Below, in pieces: positions 11,700-25,774 of a DNA stretch of 64,000 bases (its first letter is position 1; each line of letters begins with the position of its first letter). Origin of the DNA: Vicugna vicugna (lineage: Eukaryota); the NCBI GenBank assembly GCA_013265495.1, contig MU058198.1, positions 4,104,419 to 4,168,418 on the forward strand, written 5' to 3'. The position numbers and the translations under genes were made by a program. The notes under the pieces were generated by a model, which did no database searches, was not told where the DNA came from, and saw nothing but the letters and a program-made list of their open reading frames with translations.

Positions 11700-12507
11700 C
11701 TGTCATCAAAATTCTACAAATAATAATTGCTGAAGAGGGTGTAGAGAAAAGGGAACCCTCCTACACTGTTGATGGGAAGTAAATTGGTGCAGCCACTATG
11801 GAGCACAGTATGGAGATTCCTTTAAAAACTGAAAATAGACTTACCATATGATCCAGCAATCCCACTCCTGGGCATATATCTGGAGGGAATAATAATTGGA
11901 AAAGATACACGCACCCCAATGTTCATAGCAGCACTATTTACAATAGCCAAGACATGGAAGCAACCTAAATGTCCATCAACAGTTGACTGGATAAAGAAGC
12001 TGTGGTATATATGTATATACACACACACACATATATACACACAATGGAATACTACTCAGCCATAAAAAAGAATAAAATAATGCCACTTGCAAGCAACTTG
12101 GATGGACCTGGAGATTGTCACACTTAGTGAAGTAAGCCAGAAAGAGAAAGACAAATATCATATGCTATCACTTATATGTGGAATCTAAAAAAATGAGACA
12201 AATATACTTATTTACAGAAATAGACTCACAGACATAGAAAACAAACCTGTAGTTACCAGGGGGGAAAGAAGATTGGTGGAGGGATAAACTGAGAGTTCAG
12301 GATGTGCAGATACTAACTACTATATATAAAATAGATAAACAGCAAGGTCCTACTGTAGAGCAAAGGGAACTATAGTCAATATCTTGTAATAGCCTGTAAT
12401 GAAAAAGAATATGAAAAGGAATATATATATGTATAAGTGAATTGCTATACTGTACACCAGAAATTAACACAACAGTGTAAACTGACTGTACTTTAGTTAA
12501 AAAAAAA
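11700..12507 (+). mobile_element. younger lineage-specific L1, 5'-truncated
   Basis: AGAAAAGGGAACCCTCCTACACTGTTG...TTACCATATGATCCAGCAATCCCACTCCTGGGCATATA...CAACCTAAATGTCCATCAACAG; ends in poly(A). Confidence 0.9.
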
Positions 12508-14744
12508 CATAGTGGGAGATCATCACAGGCAGCTGGAGTGAGAGAGAGGGAACACGGCAGGGCAGCCAGGAGGACTGATGTGGAGCATTTTCTGAACGCT
12601 TATTAAATACTTACATGGAATTTGCTACATTCCAGGCGTGTTACAAGCGCTATGCCAAGAGTAGCTTATTTAATCTCCATGGCAACCTTATGTCTCATTT
12701 CGTGGATGGGTAACCTGAGGCACAGATTGGGTAAATCATAGAGTTGGCGAGTGGCAGAGCCAGGATGGAAACCCATGCATTCTGTTTCCAGGGTCTGTGC
12801 TCTCTTCCCTGGAGTTTCGCAAAAGTCTTTGGGGAGAATTTTAAGGGTGCCAAAGCACCTGTAGAGCGGGTAGACGGTAGATAAGTCTTCTTTTGTGTTC
12901 CTAGTGTGTTTTGGGAGGTGTGAGCTCAACATGCATTATCTCCCTTTGTGTTCAAAACTTCATCCTAACAACACATCTCTGTTGAGTGCTTGGCATGTGC
13001 CTTGTATGATGGTGGCAAGTTACTACTCCTGCCTCCACAGAACTGGGGGTGGGGGGATGGAGTGGGAGCGGCACTATGGGAGCTCAGGGGAGGGATACCT
13101 AATCCAGGAGGGCTGGCAGGAGACATAAAAGAGCCAGATGAGACACCAGGGATGACCAGGAGACAGTCAGGCAAATCTGGGTTGTGTAAAACGTGCTTCC
13201 AAGGGAATAACAAAAACAAAGGCCGGAGATGGGCAAGAGAGTGGCCCTGGATGGCCATGGGTACCATCTCTTCAGCAGCCAGCCCTGAGGGGGTAGATAT
13301 TCATTTCCATTTTACAGATGTGGAAACTGAGGCTCCGAGAGGCTAAACAGTGTGGCACATGATAGCGTTACACAGGAAACAAGCAGCAGAGACTTAGACC
13401 AGCAGTAACTCCAGTGTCTGGTAATAGCTGAGGTCGAAAGGTGCTTCCCAGGGTTTCCTTGCACCCTCCCCTTTCTCTTGGGACACTCCTGGATCCTAAA
13501 GGGCTGTGGACCTCCAGGGCAAAGGGGCTTGATTGGCTATGCTCCATGACTAGGTTCAAGGTGACGGATCATATATACTGTACCTGTCAGGCTGCCCTTA
13601 CCAAGTGACATGCCGGCCCTGGGGCATGTTCCATATATGTGTCTCCACCCCTGATCCCTGACCCTACACCTTCAGACGTTCGCCACTCACCAGCATGTTA
13701 AACATTTTTCTAGCTTCTGTGACAAACCACTGGTCTCCTCCTGCCCCCATGTTCTCCAGTGCCTACAAAGGAGGACTGATAGATTTCTCTCTGCTCTCTG
13801 GGTTTGTTTGTTACTGACCCAATGTCATGGGGTTGCCAAGTGGAATCTTGGTCATCCTAGGTTGAATTAATGAAAGCATAGGGCTCAGAACCGGGGAGGT
13901 GGACTTGGATCAGCGCTCACCGGCAAAGAACATTCAGTTCTGGAAGGAAGGTTGCCAAAGGCAGTCTGTTCAGAGGAGACTGTCCAGAGAGTAAGAGGCT
14001 CAAAGCCAAAATGTATGAGTAACATTGAAAGAATTGGGGTTGTCTGGCCTGAAGTAGAGATGACTCAGGAGGAGATGGTTCCCCAGTGAGGCTGCAGGGA
14101 ACTGCAGGGGCTGGGCCGCATCTCATTGTCGCTTCAGAATCCATTCCTCTGCTGGCAGCCAGGTCTTCCCGGCTCCTGAGCCCCTCTGGGTGCCTCTCTC
14201 ATTCCCCTGACTAAGCTCTTCAAACTTTCCCCTCTCCTCAAACCTACGACCTTGCTCTCTTACGTTTACGAGTCTCTTCTTTTTACAAATGATTTTGCCT
14301 TCTTTCTGGAGAAAATGGAGGCCAGAAAGAAAAAGAAATTCTCTGTACCATTAACTAATTAGTGTCTGAACTCATCCTCTCCCCCTTCCTTCTGGTCTTA
14401 TGGAAGAGAGTCTCGACTCTTTCTAAGGTGATTTCTTCCGCCCAGACTCCAGAGGTCATCCATCATCCTTGTTCCTGTTTCCCCAACATCCCCCACTCCA
14501 CTGGTCCTTTCTCCTCCTCCTATACAAGAAGTGGAAGTCTCTCCTACCCTCAGCAAACAGACAAGCCCCCCCCCCACTGATCGCCTCCTTTCCCATATTC
14601 TCATGCAAGTAACCTTTACACTCCTTCTCTTCTTCCCAGGTGCACATGTAAACTCTATCAAGTCTTCAAGCCCTACTGTCTAACCGCGTGCTATTTAAGA
14701 GATGGTACAATACTAGACTGAACCACGTGAAACTGACATGTTTT

Positions 14745-16445
14745 TGGTAACAGCTTTATTGAGATGTAACTCACACACATAAACTACAACTCACACATTT
14801 AAAGTGTACAATTCAGTGTTTTTGAGTATATTCACAGAGCAACCATCACCACAATCAATTTTAGAATATTTTCATCACCCCCTAGAAGAAATCCCCACAT
14901 CTTTTAACTACCCCTTACCCCAGTCTCCCAACTCTCCACCTCAGTCCTAGACAATCACTAATCTGCTTTGGGACTCTATGGAATGGCCATATACATGGAA
15001 TCATGTAATATGTGATCTTTCCTGAACGGCTTCTTTCACTCAGCATAATGTTTCCAAGATTCATCCACGTCTTAGCTGGTATCAGTACTTCATTCCTTTT
15101 TATGGCCAAATCATGTTCCATTGAATGGATATACCACATTCCTTTAGGCATTCAGCTGCTGATAGGCATTTGAGTTATTTCTACTTCCTGACTATTGTAA
15201 ATAGAACCGTTAAAAACATTTATGTATGAGTTTTTGTGTGGACACATGCTTTCATTTCTCTTAGATGTATACTTAGAAGGGGAGTTGATGTGTCCTAGGG
15301 CCATTCTGTGTTTAAATTTTTTGAGGAACTTCCAGACTGTTTTTTAAAATGGCTGCAGCATTTTACATTCTCACCAGCAGTGAACGAGGATGCCAGTTTC
15401 TCCGCATTCTTGTCAGCCCTCGTTGTTATCTGTCTTTTTTGACTATTGCCATCCTAGTGCCTATGAAGTGATATCTCACTGAGTTTTGTTTGTTTGTTTG
15501 TTTGTTTGTTTTCACATTTAGCTCATGGCTAATGATTTTGAGCATATTTTTATAAGCTTATTGGCCATTTGTACATCTTCCTTGCAGGAATGTCCTTATA
15601 AATCCTTTGCACATTTTTTATATGGATTATGTGTCTTTTTAATATTGAGTTCCAAGAGCTCTTTTTATTTATTTTGGAGATACAGGTCCCTCATCAAATA
15701 CATGCTCTGCAAATATTTTCCTCCACCATACAAGTTGTCTTTTCACTTTCTTGGGAATGTCTTTTGATGCACCAAAGTTTCTAATTTTCACAAAGTCCAC
15801 TTTGTCTGCTTAATTTATCTATTTTGTTGTTCTTGCTTGAGATTTTAGTGTCATATCTAAGAAACCATTGCCAAATCCAAGATGGTAAAGATTTACTGCT
15901 ACATTTTCCTCTAAGAGTTTTACAGTTTTAATTCTTACATCTACGTCCTTGATCCATCTTGAGTTAGTATTTGTATATGGCATGAGTTAAGGATCAAGCT
16001 TCATTCTTTTGCATTTGACTACCCTGTTGTCCCAGCACTATTTGTTGAAAAGACTACTCTTTCCCTCATTGAATTTTTCAATATCTTCATTAAAAGTTAA
16101 TTGATCATAGATATGAGGGTTTATTCCTGGAGTCTCAATTCTATTCCATTGATCTATATGTCTATTTTTATGTCAGTATCAAACAGTTTATTTACAATGT
16201 TTGTAGTAACTTTTGAAATCAAGAAGAGAATCCTCCAAATTTATTCTTTTTCTAGATGGCTTTGGCTCTTCTGTGTCCCTCACATTTCCATAAAAATTTT
16301 AGGATCAGCTTGTCAATTTCTATAAAGCATCCAGCTGGTATTCCAGCACAGATTGTGTTAAATTTCTCAATCAATTTGAGGAGTATTGCCACCTTAGCAA
16401 TATTAAGTCTTCTGGACATTCTTCCATTTCTTTAAATCTTCTCCA
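14745..16445 (-). mobile_element. L1M (L1MB-like) 3'UTR and ORF2 remnant
   Basis: AACAGCTTTATTGAGAT...TTTAAAGTGTACAATTCAGTG antisense 3' end, followed by antisense ORF2-type sequence. Confidence 0.85.
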
Positions 16446-16779
16446 ATGCCATTGCTATTTTTGTAGTTCCAAACCAGTTGAATGTTGGCAATTTAGGAGT
16501 TTTTAACCTAGTATATAAAGAAAAGAAAGTCAGCTTTTTCTACAAAGCCAGCATAATGTTGATACACCAACCAGAATCCAGTAGCACCTTGAAACCATAA
16601 GAGGCCACAACCTGTTTGCAACAAGGGTGGTGATTTCCTGTGGGAGGGGTGTAGGGGTGGAAACTGGGAGTGGAATGTGTGGAGTTGTGTGTGTGTGTTC
16701 ACTTTTGTGGTAGTTCATCCAGCTTTTCTTCAACAGCTATTTTTTAAACATTGTTCTAGATGTACCAAGATTAAAAAAT

Positions 16780-18410
16780 AAGAAGTTTAAGGATTCCAAA
16801 ATGGAGACAATATGATGATTATTTACAGGTAATATAATTACGTATCTAGACAATCTGAGAGTACTTCTAGAAAAATCTCCTTTAGAAGAAAATAAAGAAA
16901 ATCTCTTAAACAAAATAAGTTAAGTCAGAAAGGTAATTGGTTACAAAAGAAGTATCCAAAATCAACAGCATTTTTATGTTTCAGAAAAAAAGCTAAAAAA
17001 AAAAAGGAAGAAAAATATTGTACTTAAAAGAGCACCAACACCCACTATTACAATGTCAGCCCCAACAAAAATGCAGGAAAATGAAAGAAGAAACAAATGA
17101 AAATATACACCCCGTTCATCAATAAGAAGACTTAATGGTGTAAAGATGCATATTCTCCCTAAATTAACCTTTATTTTTAACATTATATCAATAAAAATAC
17201 ATTATGAGATTTTTTTTGGAAGTAGACTCACTGAGTCTAAAGTTCAAATGGAAAAATAAACAAGTGAGGCTAGCCAGGAAAATTCTGAAAGAGGAAAGTA
17301 ATAAAGAAGGATTAACCCTAGTATGCATTGAAGCATATTATAAAGCTGCATTTATGAAACAAGTTTGGCACTGGTACATGAAAAGAAAGGCAGATTAACG
17401 AAACAGATTAAAGCTAAGAAATAGATCTAAGTACATTTGAGGCCCTAGTATAAGGTAAAGCTGTATTTCAGACCAGAGAGGAAAAAATAAAATTATACAA
17501 TGCAGTAATTGGTGCTGGGGTAATTGGCTAGCCATTTGGAAAGACATAAGTTAAAGGTGGATGCCTATCTGATTCCTTATACCAAATAAATTCCAGACAA
17601 ATAAACAATTTAAATGTAAATAAGAGAAATAAAAAAACAAGGAAGTCTGTATACACACATATAATTTTGAATTGGAGAAAATCTTGCCAAGCAAGCCACA
17701 AAACTCAGAGGCTAAACAGAAAAAATTGACTACGTAAAATTTAAAATACCTGCACAGTGGGGAGGGTACAGCTCAGTGGTAGGGTGTGTGCTTGGCATGC
17801 ATGAGGTGCTGGGTTCAATCTCCAGTATCTCCATTTAAATAAATAAATAAACCTAATTACCTCCCTCCCCAAAACAAAACAAAACAAAAAACCAAAAATG
17901 AAATAGCTGCACAGTATAACAACAGCATAGGCTAAGTTAAAAGATACATAACATGCTAGGGAAAAAAAGTGTTTTACAATTCAGACTACAAAAAATCAAT
18001 TTCCGTAATATACAAAAAGTTCTTATAAATGAAAAGGAAAATACGAATAGCTTTAGAACTGGACAAAGGATATGGAGATGTAGTTCACACACACACACAA
18101 AAAACCCCAAATTGCTTATGAACACATAGAAAGTTTCTCAACTTCACTAGTGTCTAAAGAAATAGAAATTAAAATGAGATAATAGATAGGCAAAGATAAA
18201 AGTGTTTAATAGTGTCCAAATGGAATAAGAGGAGATGGATGCTTTCATAAATTTTTGGCCAGGGTGTATATTGGCACAATTTCTTTGAGAGGTAATTTGG
18301 CGATACCTATTACATTTAAAGATGTTCACATCCTTTGACCCAGAGAGTTCACTTCTATGAATCTATTCCACAGATATCTCAAATACATTAACAAAGGTAT
18401 AAACAGAAGA
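16780..18410 (+). mobile_element. ancient L1 ORF2 remnant
   Basis: 17204-17398 translates LKFKWKNKQVRLARKILK...GLTL...YYKA...VWHW, homologous to L1 ORF2p downstream of the RT domain. Confidence 0.8.
17759..17900 (+). mobile_element. tRNA-Ala-derived SINE (camelid vic-1-like)
   Basis: GGGGAGGGTACAGCTCAGTGGTAG...GGGTTCAATCTCCAGTATCTCCA; TSD AAATA(C/G)CTGCACAGT at 17744-17758 and 17901-17915. Confidence 0.9.
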
Positions 18411-18414
18411 ATTT

Positions 18415-19090
18415 TTTTTTAACAATCATGAACTAACGGAAAAGTTGGAAGTGCAGAAGAAGAATTCCCCCCACCCCCGAACCATTTGAGAGTTAAATTG
18501 TTGACACAATCTGAAAGTAGACCCAAACTCATGCTGCATCACCCCGGAATAGTGTATATTTCCTACATGCTAAGAAACTGTCTTGCATAACCTCAATACA
18601 ATGATTGAAATCAGGAAATAACACTGATATCATTTAATCCTCAGACCTTTTTTAGATCCCTAATTATCTGAATGATGTCTTTGTAGAGAAAGGATCCAGT
18701 GCAGAATCAAGCTTTGTTTTTAGTTGCCGTATCTCTCTAGTCTCCTCTGACTAGTCTTTCTTTGATTTTCCTAACCTTGACACTTTATTACAAGCCAGTC
18801 ATTTTGAAGCATGCCCCACAATTTAGTTGGTCTGAGGTTTCCTCATGATCAGGTTCAAGTTATGCATCTTTGACACGAATAGCACAAAGTGATGCTGTAT
18901 TCTTGTTGCATCCTACCAGGTCGTACTAGATTTTGAAGTTTCTGTCTCTTGGTGATGCTCACTTTGATCATTTAACTGAAAAGGTATCTGTCAAGCTTCT
19001 CTAATGTAAAGCTATTCTTTTTCCTTTTACATTTATAAGTATTTTGTGGGAGGTGTTTTGAAATTTTGTAAATATCCTGTTCCTTGCCAA
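18415..19090 (-). mobile_element. L1MC-like 3'UTR remnant (probably resumes at ~22745-22880)
   Basis: GAACCATTTGAGAGT..., TTTCCTCATGATCAGGTTCAAGTTATGCAT, CACTTTGATCA pattern; related copies at ~35690-36180 and ~42330-43560. Confidence 0.6.
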
Positions 19091-20139
19091 ACTTTTTTTT
19101 TGAAACAGCTTTAATGACTCACATATTTAAAGTATAAAATTTGATAAGTTTTGACATATGTATACAGCTGTGAAACCATCACCCCCAAAAGTTTCCTTAT
19201 GCCTTTTTGTAATCTTTCCCTCTTAACTTTCCCTGAATCTTTCCCACCCCCAGCAAGCATTGATCTACCTTCTATTGCCATAAAATAAATCGCATTTTCT
19301 AAACTGTTATATAAATTGAATCATACCATTTGTATTATTTTTGGTCTGCATTCATCCATGCTATGTATATAAATAGTGTATTCCTTTTAAATGCTGAAGA
19401 ATATTCCACTATATAGATGGACACCAATTTGTTTATCTATTCTTCTGTTGATGGGCAATTGGGTTGTTTCCAGTTTCAGAGTATTACAAGTGAAACCTCT
19501 ATGAACATTCATGCACAAGTCTTTGTATGGACAAATGTGTTCACATCTCTTGGGTAAGTATCCGGGGATGTAACAGCCAGCTTATATGGTAGGGCTGTGC
19601 TTACCTTCCAAGAAACTACCAAAATGGCTTTTCAAAATAGCTGAATAATTTTACGTTCCCTCCTGCAGTGTATGAGAGCTCCAGTTGCTTTACATCCTCA
19701 GCAATAATAGTATGATGAGTCTTTTTAATTTTGGACATTTATGGGCATGTGGTGGTATCTTGTTGTGATTTTAATTTGCATTTCTCTAATTACTAAAGAT
19801 TTTGAGCATGTGTATATCTTATTCACGAAACAACCTATTTAAAAAATAGGTTGTTTTCTTATTATTGAGTTTTGTGACTCCTTTATATATTCTGAATGTA
19901 ACTTCTTTATGTGATTTGCAAATAGTTTCTCCCAGTCTGTGGCTTGTCTTTTCATTTTCTGAACAGCATCTTTTAAGGAGCTGAAATGTTTCCCTTTGAC
20001 GTCTTATGGATGGTGGTTTTGGTGACTATGAAATCATGGTCTAACCCGAGTTTATGAAGATCTCTCCTATACCTACTTACAGAAGTTTTATAGTTTTTGC
20101 TTTCATATTTATGTATATGATCCACTTTGAGTTAATTTT

Positions 20140-20273
20140 GTTTATTTTGGGGAGGGAGGTAGTTAGGTTCATTTACTTACTTATTTATGTATTTAATGGA
20201 GGGACTGGGAATTGAACCCAGGTCTTCATGTGTGCTAAGCATGGGTCCTAGCACTGAGCTGTACCCTCCTCCC
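20140..20273 (-). mobile_element. tRNA-Ala-derived SINE (camelid vic-1-like) inserted in L1
   Basis: Reverse complement of the SINE; TSD TTTGAGTTAATTTT at 20126-20139 and 20274-20287. Confidence 0.9.
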
Positions 20274-21360
20274 TTTGAGTTAATTTTTGTCTGTGATATG
20301 AGGTATGGGTTGAGGTACCATTTTTTTGCATATGGATATTCAGCAAAACTTGTTGAAAAGATTCTCTTTGCTCCACTGAGTTGTCTTTGCACCTTATGCT
20401 GAAAGTAAATTGATCATGTGTGTATTGGTTTGTTTCTGGACTCTGTTCTGTTACATTGATCTGTTTGGCTATCTTGGTGTCAATACCACAATGTCATGAT
20501 TACTGCTGTTTTCTAATAAGTCTTAAAGTCAGGTTGTCGACACTCACCAATTGTCTGCTATTTTTCAAGGTTATTTTTGCTATTCCATATCCTCTACAAT
20601 TCTGGGTGAGATTTAGAATCAGCTTGTCAGTTTTTACAAACAAAAAAAAGCCTGTTGGGATTTTGATTATCATTATATTAAATCTATACATCAGTTTGGA
20701 AGAATGGACATCGTAATAATACTGAGTCTTCCAATTCATAAATATTGTATATCTCTCCATTTACTTAGGTGCTCTTTAATTTCTCCTCAGCAATAATTTG
20801 TAGCTATCACGGTATAGGTTTTGCACATGTTTTGTCAGATTTATCCCTAGTATTTTGTATGTTTTGATATGATTGAAAATGGTTGTGACTTTTACTTACA
20901 ATTTCCTACTGGTTATTGCTATTGTATGACATTCGCATGTTGATTTGTATCTTACAACCTTACTAAACCCACTTATTAAATCTAGTAGCCTTTTTGTAGA
21001 GTCCACTGAATTTTCTGCGTAGATGATCACACCCTCTGTGGATAAAGACAGTTGTAGTACAGGTCTGCTTGCAGCAATATTTTCAGATTTTCTAATCCTG
21101 AAGAGTCTTTATTTCCTCTCTAATTTTGAAAGTATTTCTGCAGGTAATAGAATTCTAGCTTGACCAGTTTTTTTCTTTTAATGCTTGAAATATGCTGTTC
21201 CATGTCTTCTTGCTTGCGTTGTTTCTAACAAGAAGTCTACTGTTATCTGACTCTATTCCTTGGTGTATGATGTATCTTTTTCTCTAGCTGCTTTAAAGAT
21301 GTCTTAATCACCATCTTTAAATAATTTGATTATGATGTGTCTGGCATCATTTTCCTCTTG

Positions 21361-21391
21361 GTGTGTTGTGTGTGTGTGTGTGTGTGTGTGT
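21361..21391. repeat. (TG)n microsatellite
   Basis: Read directly from the sequence. Confidence 0.95.
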
Positions 21392-24300
21392 TTGGGGTTT
21401 GGTGATATTCTTGAATCTGTGGTTTATACTTGTCATCAAATTTGGAAAAAATTTTACTATTATTTCTTCAAATATTTTTTCTAGTCCCCAGTCCTTTCCT
21501 TCAAAGACTCCAATAACACAAATATTACCCATCTTAAGTTGTTTTGGGACTCACTGATTATCTCTTCATTAATTTTTAGTCTTTTTCCCTATCTGATTTA
21601 TTTTAGATAGTTTCTGTTGTTATGTGTTCAAATTCACTAATCTTTTCTTCTCCAGTGTCTAATCTGCTGTTACCCACACCCGGTATACATTTCTTCCTAG
21701 ACATTACAATTTTTGTGTCCAGAAATTTGCTTTAGGTCTTCTTCTAAAACATATCTTCCAGGTCTCAACTCAACCTTTTAGAACATATGGAATAGAGTTA
21801 TAATAAGTGTCTTAATGTCCTTTCCTCCTAATTTTAGTATGTATGCCATTTCTGGATCAATTTCAACTGATTAATTTTTCTCCTCATTTCAATCACATTT
21901 TCCTATTTTTTTTTAATGTTTGGTAATTTTCTGTCTGATGCTAGACATTGTAAATTTTACTTCATTTGGTGTTGAATATTTTTGTATTCATATAAATGGT
22001 GCTACGTTTTCTTCTGGGATATGGTTAAGTTATATAAACACTGTTTGAACCTTTTAAGGATTTTTTAAAAGCTTTGCTGTGTAGCACCAGAGCAGTTTTT
22101 TTTTTTTAACTTTATTGGGTAGCACTAGAGCAGGGTTTGTTTAGACCTAACTTTGTCCCATTATTAATGCAAAACCCTCCTGAGTATTCTACCATTGCCC
22201 CAGATTTTCTACTCTGATTAATAGGAAGAGGAACTATTCCAAGCTCTCTGTGAATCCCAGATATTGTTCTTTCCAATCCTTCCAATATTTCCTAATCTTA
22301 AGTAGTTTCATGACATGAAGGCACCATTCAGTCCTCAGCTGAAGACTCAAGCACGACCCTCTGCAGATCCTGGAGGACTCTGCCAGTGTGGTTCTCTCCT
22401 TTCTGGAACTCTGACTTGTCAATCTAGCCACCTTGACCTCTCCAGACTCACAGCCACAGTGCTCAACTCAAGGAGTCCACTGTGCTTGGGTTGCCCCTCC
22501 CAGTACCACTGCACCATTGCCTGGAAACTGTCTTCAAGCAGTAATCTAGGGCAACCATAAGGCTCATCTCATTTTTTGCCCATCTCTCAGGGATTACTGT
22601 CTTTCATTACTTGATGTTCAATGTCTTAAAAACTGTTGTTTCATAAATTTTATCTGTATTTTTAGTTTCTTTGCAGAAGAGAAGGTAAATAGAGTTTTGG
22701 TTGCTCCAGCTTGGTTGGAATCGGGTGAAGAATTCCCTATTCCTCATCTAATGTTTAAAAATGAATGAGTGTTATGCATTTATGTCTATGCAGACATATA
22801 GTTTTGTATTTTATTGAGTGGGTTATAATCCCTTACTATCTCTATTTATTTTAATATTAAATTTATCCTAAATTTGGTCAGTGAGTATAAAAAATTTTAA
22901 ATATGAAAGTGTTCAATGTAGCATTTTTTCACCAAAATTAATGGACTGTGAATAAAGGAGGTTTGTCCTCAAGGAAAAGCAGGTGCCATCATCACTTGTT
23001 CAATTCAGAGAAAAAAGGAAACAACAGCTGATTATTTTCGTAGTAAATGCTGAGGGACTTACTAAGAGGTAGGAGTACCTATTTTTTCCTCAATAAAAGA
23101 GTGAAGGTGCCTGGTGGATCTGGTGGAAAACAAAAACATTATGAAAGAAGGTTGCTTGCATCTGTAAGATAAAGCAAAACCCAGCAGATCTAAGAAACTA
23201 AGCAGAGGTCTAGGGGAGTCTAGTTCTTGCTCAGAGTCAAGATGGTAACACGCAGGTACCTGGGAGAACAGTGATGCTCTTTGACACACATTGTGGAATT
23301 GCTTGGAAGAAAGACAATATTCATTCTTCATCACTCAACTAATATTAACTCAATGTTTAATACCTCCTGGACACCACTATAGGTACTGGGAATACAGCAC
23401 TGAACACTATAGACAAGTCCCCACTCTCAGGGGACCTACGTGCCAGCAGTGCCCGGATAAAGTGAGTTATCTCATGAGGACAGCTGTGATTCCAGCCCTA
23501 CGTGCTCAAGAGGTTCTTTCTAGGGAGGCTGAGTTTCCACCGGAATAGGAGGGGGCAGCAGTCAGTGAAGTCTCAGTTGGTATTGGTACATGAATCCCAT
23601 CTGTATTGGTATGAGGTCCAGAGAATCTCAGGAAGGGCTTATCAAAGGAGGTCACATTTGAGCTGGGCTTTGAGGTAGATGTTTGTTAGGGAGACATAAT
23701 AGGAGAGATGTTCCACTTAAAGAAAGTAACATGTTCAAGTCAGAGGGGCTTGGAAACACATGAGAAAGTGGCAATAACCCAGTGTCACTGGGACACAAAG
23801 CAGGAATTCTAAGAAATAGGGCAGGCTAGCTTGAAGAGCCTGTCTTGCTAAGCAAGGGGTTTCAGATAGGATTCCATACAGTACAGAGATCTGGTGAGGA
23901 ATTTTGAGCAACGGCAGCATCTGATCAGATTTACTTGTCAGAAAACCACTTTGGTGGCAATGTGGACATTTGGACAGAGGGAGGTAAGCAAGCATAGAAT
24001 CATTCCTTCATCCAATAAGTATTATTAAGGGCCTAATATGGACCAGGTGCGAGATGCTAAAGCAACAGTGAGAACAAGGCAGACATGGTCCTTGCTCTCC
24101 TGGAGCTATAGAGAACCTGGAGAATCAAAGACTAAACAAATAATGACAGGAATACTACATTACAAATGGGATCATGCCACAAAGACAAATAGAGGATGCC
24201 TTGAGAATACGTAATTGGAAGACCTAATAGAGTTAAGGCGGATGGTGGTCAGAAAAGCCTTCCGTGAGGAAGTTATATGGGGTTGAGAGCTGCAGGTAAG

Positions 24301-24440
24301 GATGAAGAATGGTAAGGAGCAGGCTGGGCGAAGGACTGGACACCTTTTAGGAAACGAAAAAAGCGTCCTTGGATGGGATTGTCTGGAGCAAGGGGGAGTG
24401 ATAGGAGGTAACACTGGGGAGATCTTTGCAGACATTGTGC

Positions 24441-24595
24441 TTTTTTTTTTTAATTGAAGTTTAGTCAGTTACAATGTGTCGATTTCTGGCATACAGCATA
24501 AAGTCCCAGCCATGCCTATACATACATATATTTGTTTTCATGTTCTCTTTCATTAAAGGTTATTACAAAATACTGAATGTAATTCCCTGTGCTAC
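24441..24595 (-). mobile_element. short lineage-specific L1 3' end
   Basis: Poly(T), then AATTGAAGTTTAGTCAGTTACAATGT...TTCCCTGTGCTA. Confidence 0.75.
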
Positions 24596-24754
24596 GGATA
24601 TTAGGCTTTGCATCAAGAGCCCTGAAAAAGCTTTGATTTATTTTAAGCTGGAGAGTAAGATGATCAAGCTTCCAATTTAAGAAAAATCACTGAGGCTGCT
24701 AAAGGAAGAACCATTTCAAGTGAGGATGTGGAGCAGCTAGGGCTCTTCCCTTTC

Positions 24755-25375
24755 AGAGATGGGAAATGTAACCTGGTGTAACCATTTCAGAAACATTTTA
24801 TAGCTTCTTATGTAGTTAAGAATGCACTTATTCCGTGATTCAGGAATTCTATTCCTAGCTATTTATCCAAGAGAGATTAAAAACATATGTCCACTGTCCA
24901 CACAAAAAAAGACTTATCCAAGAATCTTCACGGCAGCTTTATTCCTAAGAAGCCCAAACTGGAAGCAACCCAAATGTCCATCAACAGGAGGATGGTAAAC
25001 AAAGTGCAGTGCAGTCATTTAATGGAATAATTCTCAGTAACAAAAAAGAATGAACTTCTGACACCTGTAACAACATGAATGACTCTCACAGCAGAAGTCG
25101 GGCACAAAAGGATGTATGTATACTGTCTGACTCCATTTATATGAGGTTCTAGAACAGACAGTACTAATTCATGGTGATATAAATCAGAAAAGTGGTTTCT
25201 GGGTGTCAGGTGTGTGGTGGAAGGTGCAGATCAGGGGAGTGAATGGAAATAGGCACAAGGGAATTTCCTGGGCTGCATCAAGCGTTCTATACAATGATTT
25301 TGGTAGGGGTTACCTGGGTGTGTTTCTTTGTCAAAACTCATCAATTTTTTCCACTTCAAACGTGTGCATTTGAAA
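24755..25375 (+). mobile_element. old L1 (L1MC/L1ME-like) 3' fragment
   Basis: AAACTGGAAGCAACCCAAATGTCCATCAACAG...TTTGTCAAAACTCATCAA. Confidence 0.8.
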
Positions 25376-25774
25376 AAAGAGAGAGAGAAAAGAGAATCTG
25401 GAGGGTTTTTAGGATGCACTGGAGGTGGCAGTGGAGAAACAGGAAGGAAAGAATAACAGAGAAGTTTGGCAACAAAATAGCAGTGATGAACTGGATGAGG
25501 GGGAGCGAAGAGTCAAAACTGACTCAGGTTTCTGACTGGGGCCGCTTAGTGCCTGGTATTATTACTACTTGGCGGGGGGGGGGGGGGAGGGGACTGTCCC
25601 CTTTGGGACAGGTTTGTGTGTGGTGGGGGGAGAGAGACAGAAAAGGGGATAAGGCTCAATTCTGACACATTAGTCTGAGAAGCATCATTTGTCCCCATTA
25701 GATGACACTTAATCTTGTAAATCCTACCTTGCCAGGATGGAGTCCCATTTGTCTACTCTTTCCTCACTCCACAG

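Larger units (their letters stand above)
19095..22722 (-). mobile_element. long decayed L1 block (3'UTR, ORF2 and ORF1 remnants)
   Basis: Minus-strand translations LMYRFNIMIIKIPTGFF...DKLILN (ORF2p-like, 20500-20760) and NICVIGVFEG...EKIFEEIIVKFFPNL (ORF1p-like, 21347-21532). Confidence 0.85.

Noticed and set aside
17204..21532. ORF-track peptides resembling reverse transcriptase or ORF1p
   Set aside because: Short, disrupted remnants of dead L1 copies
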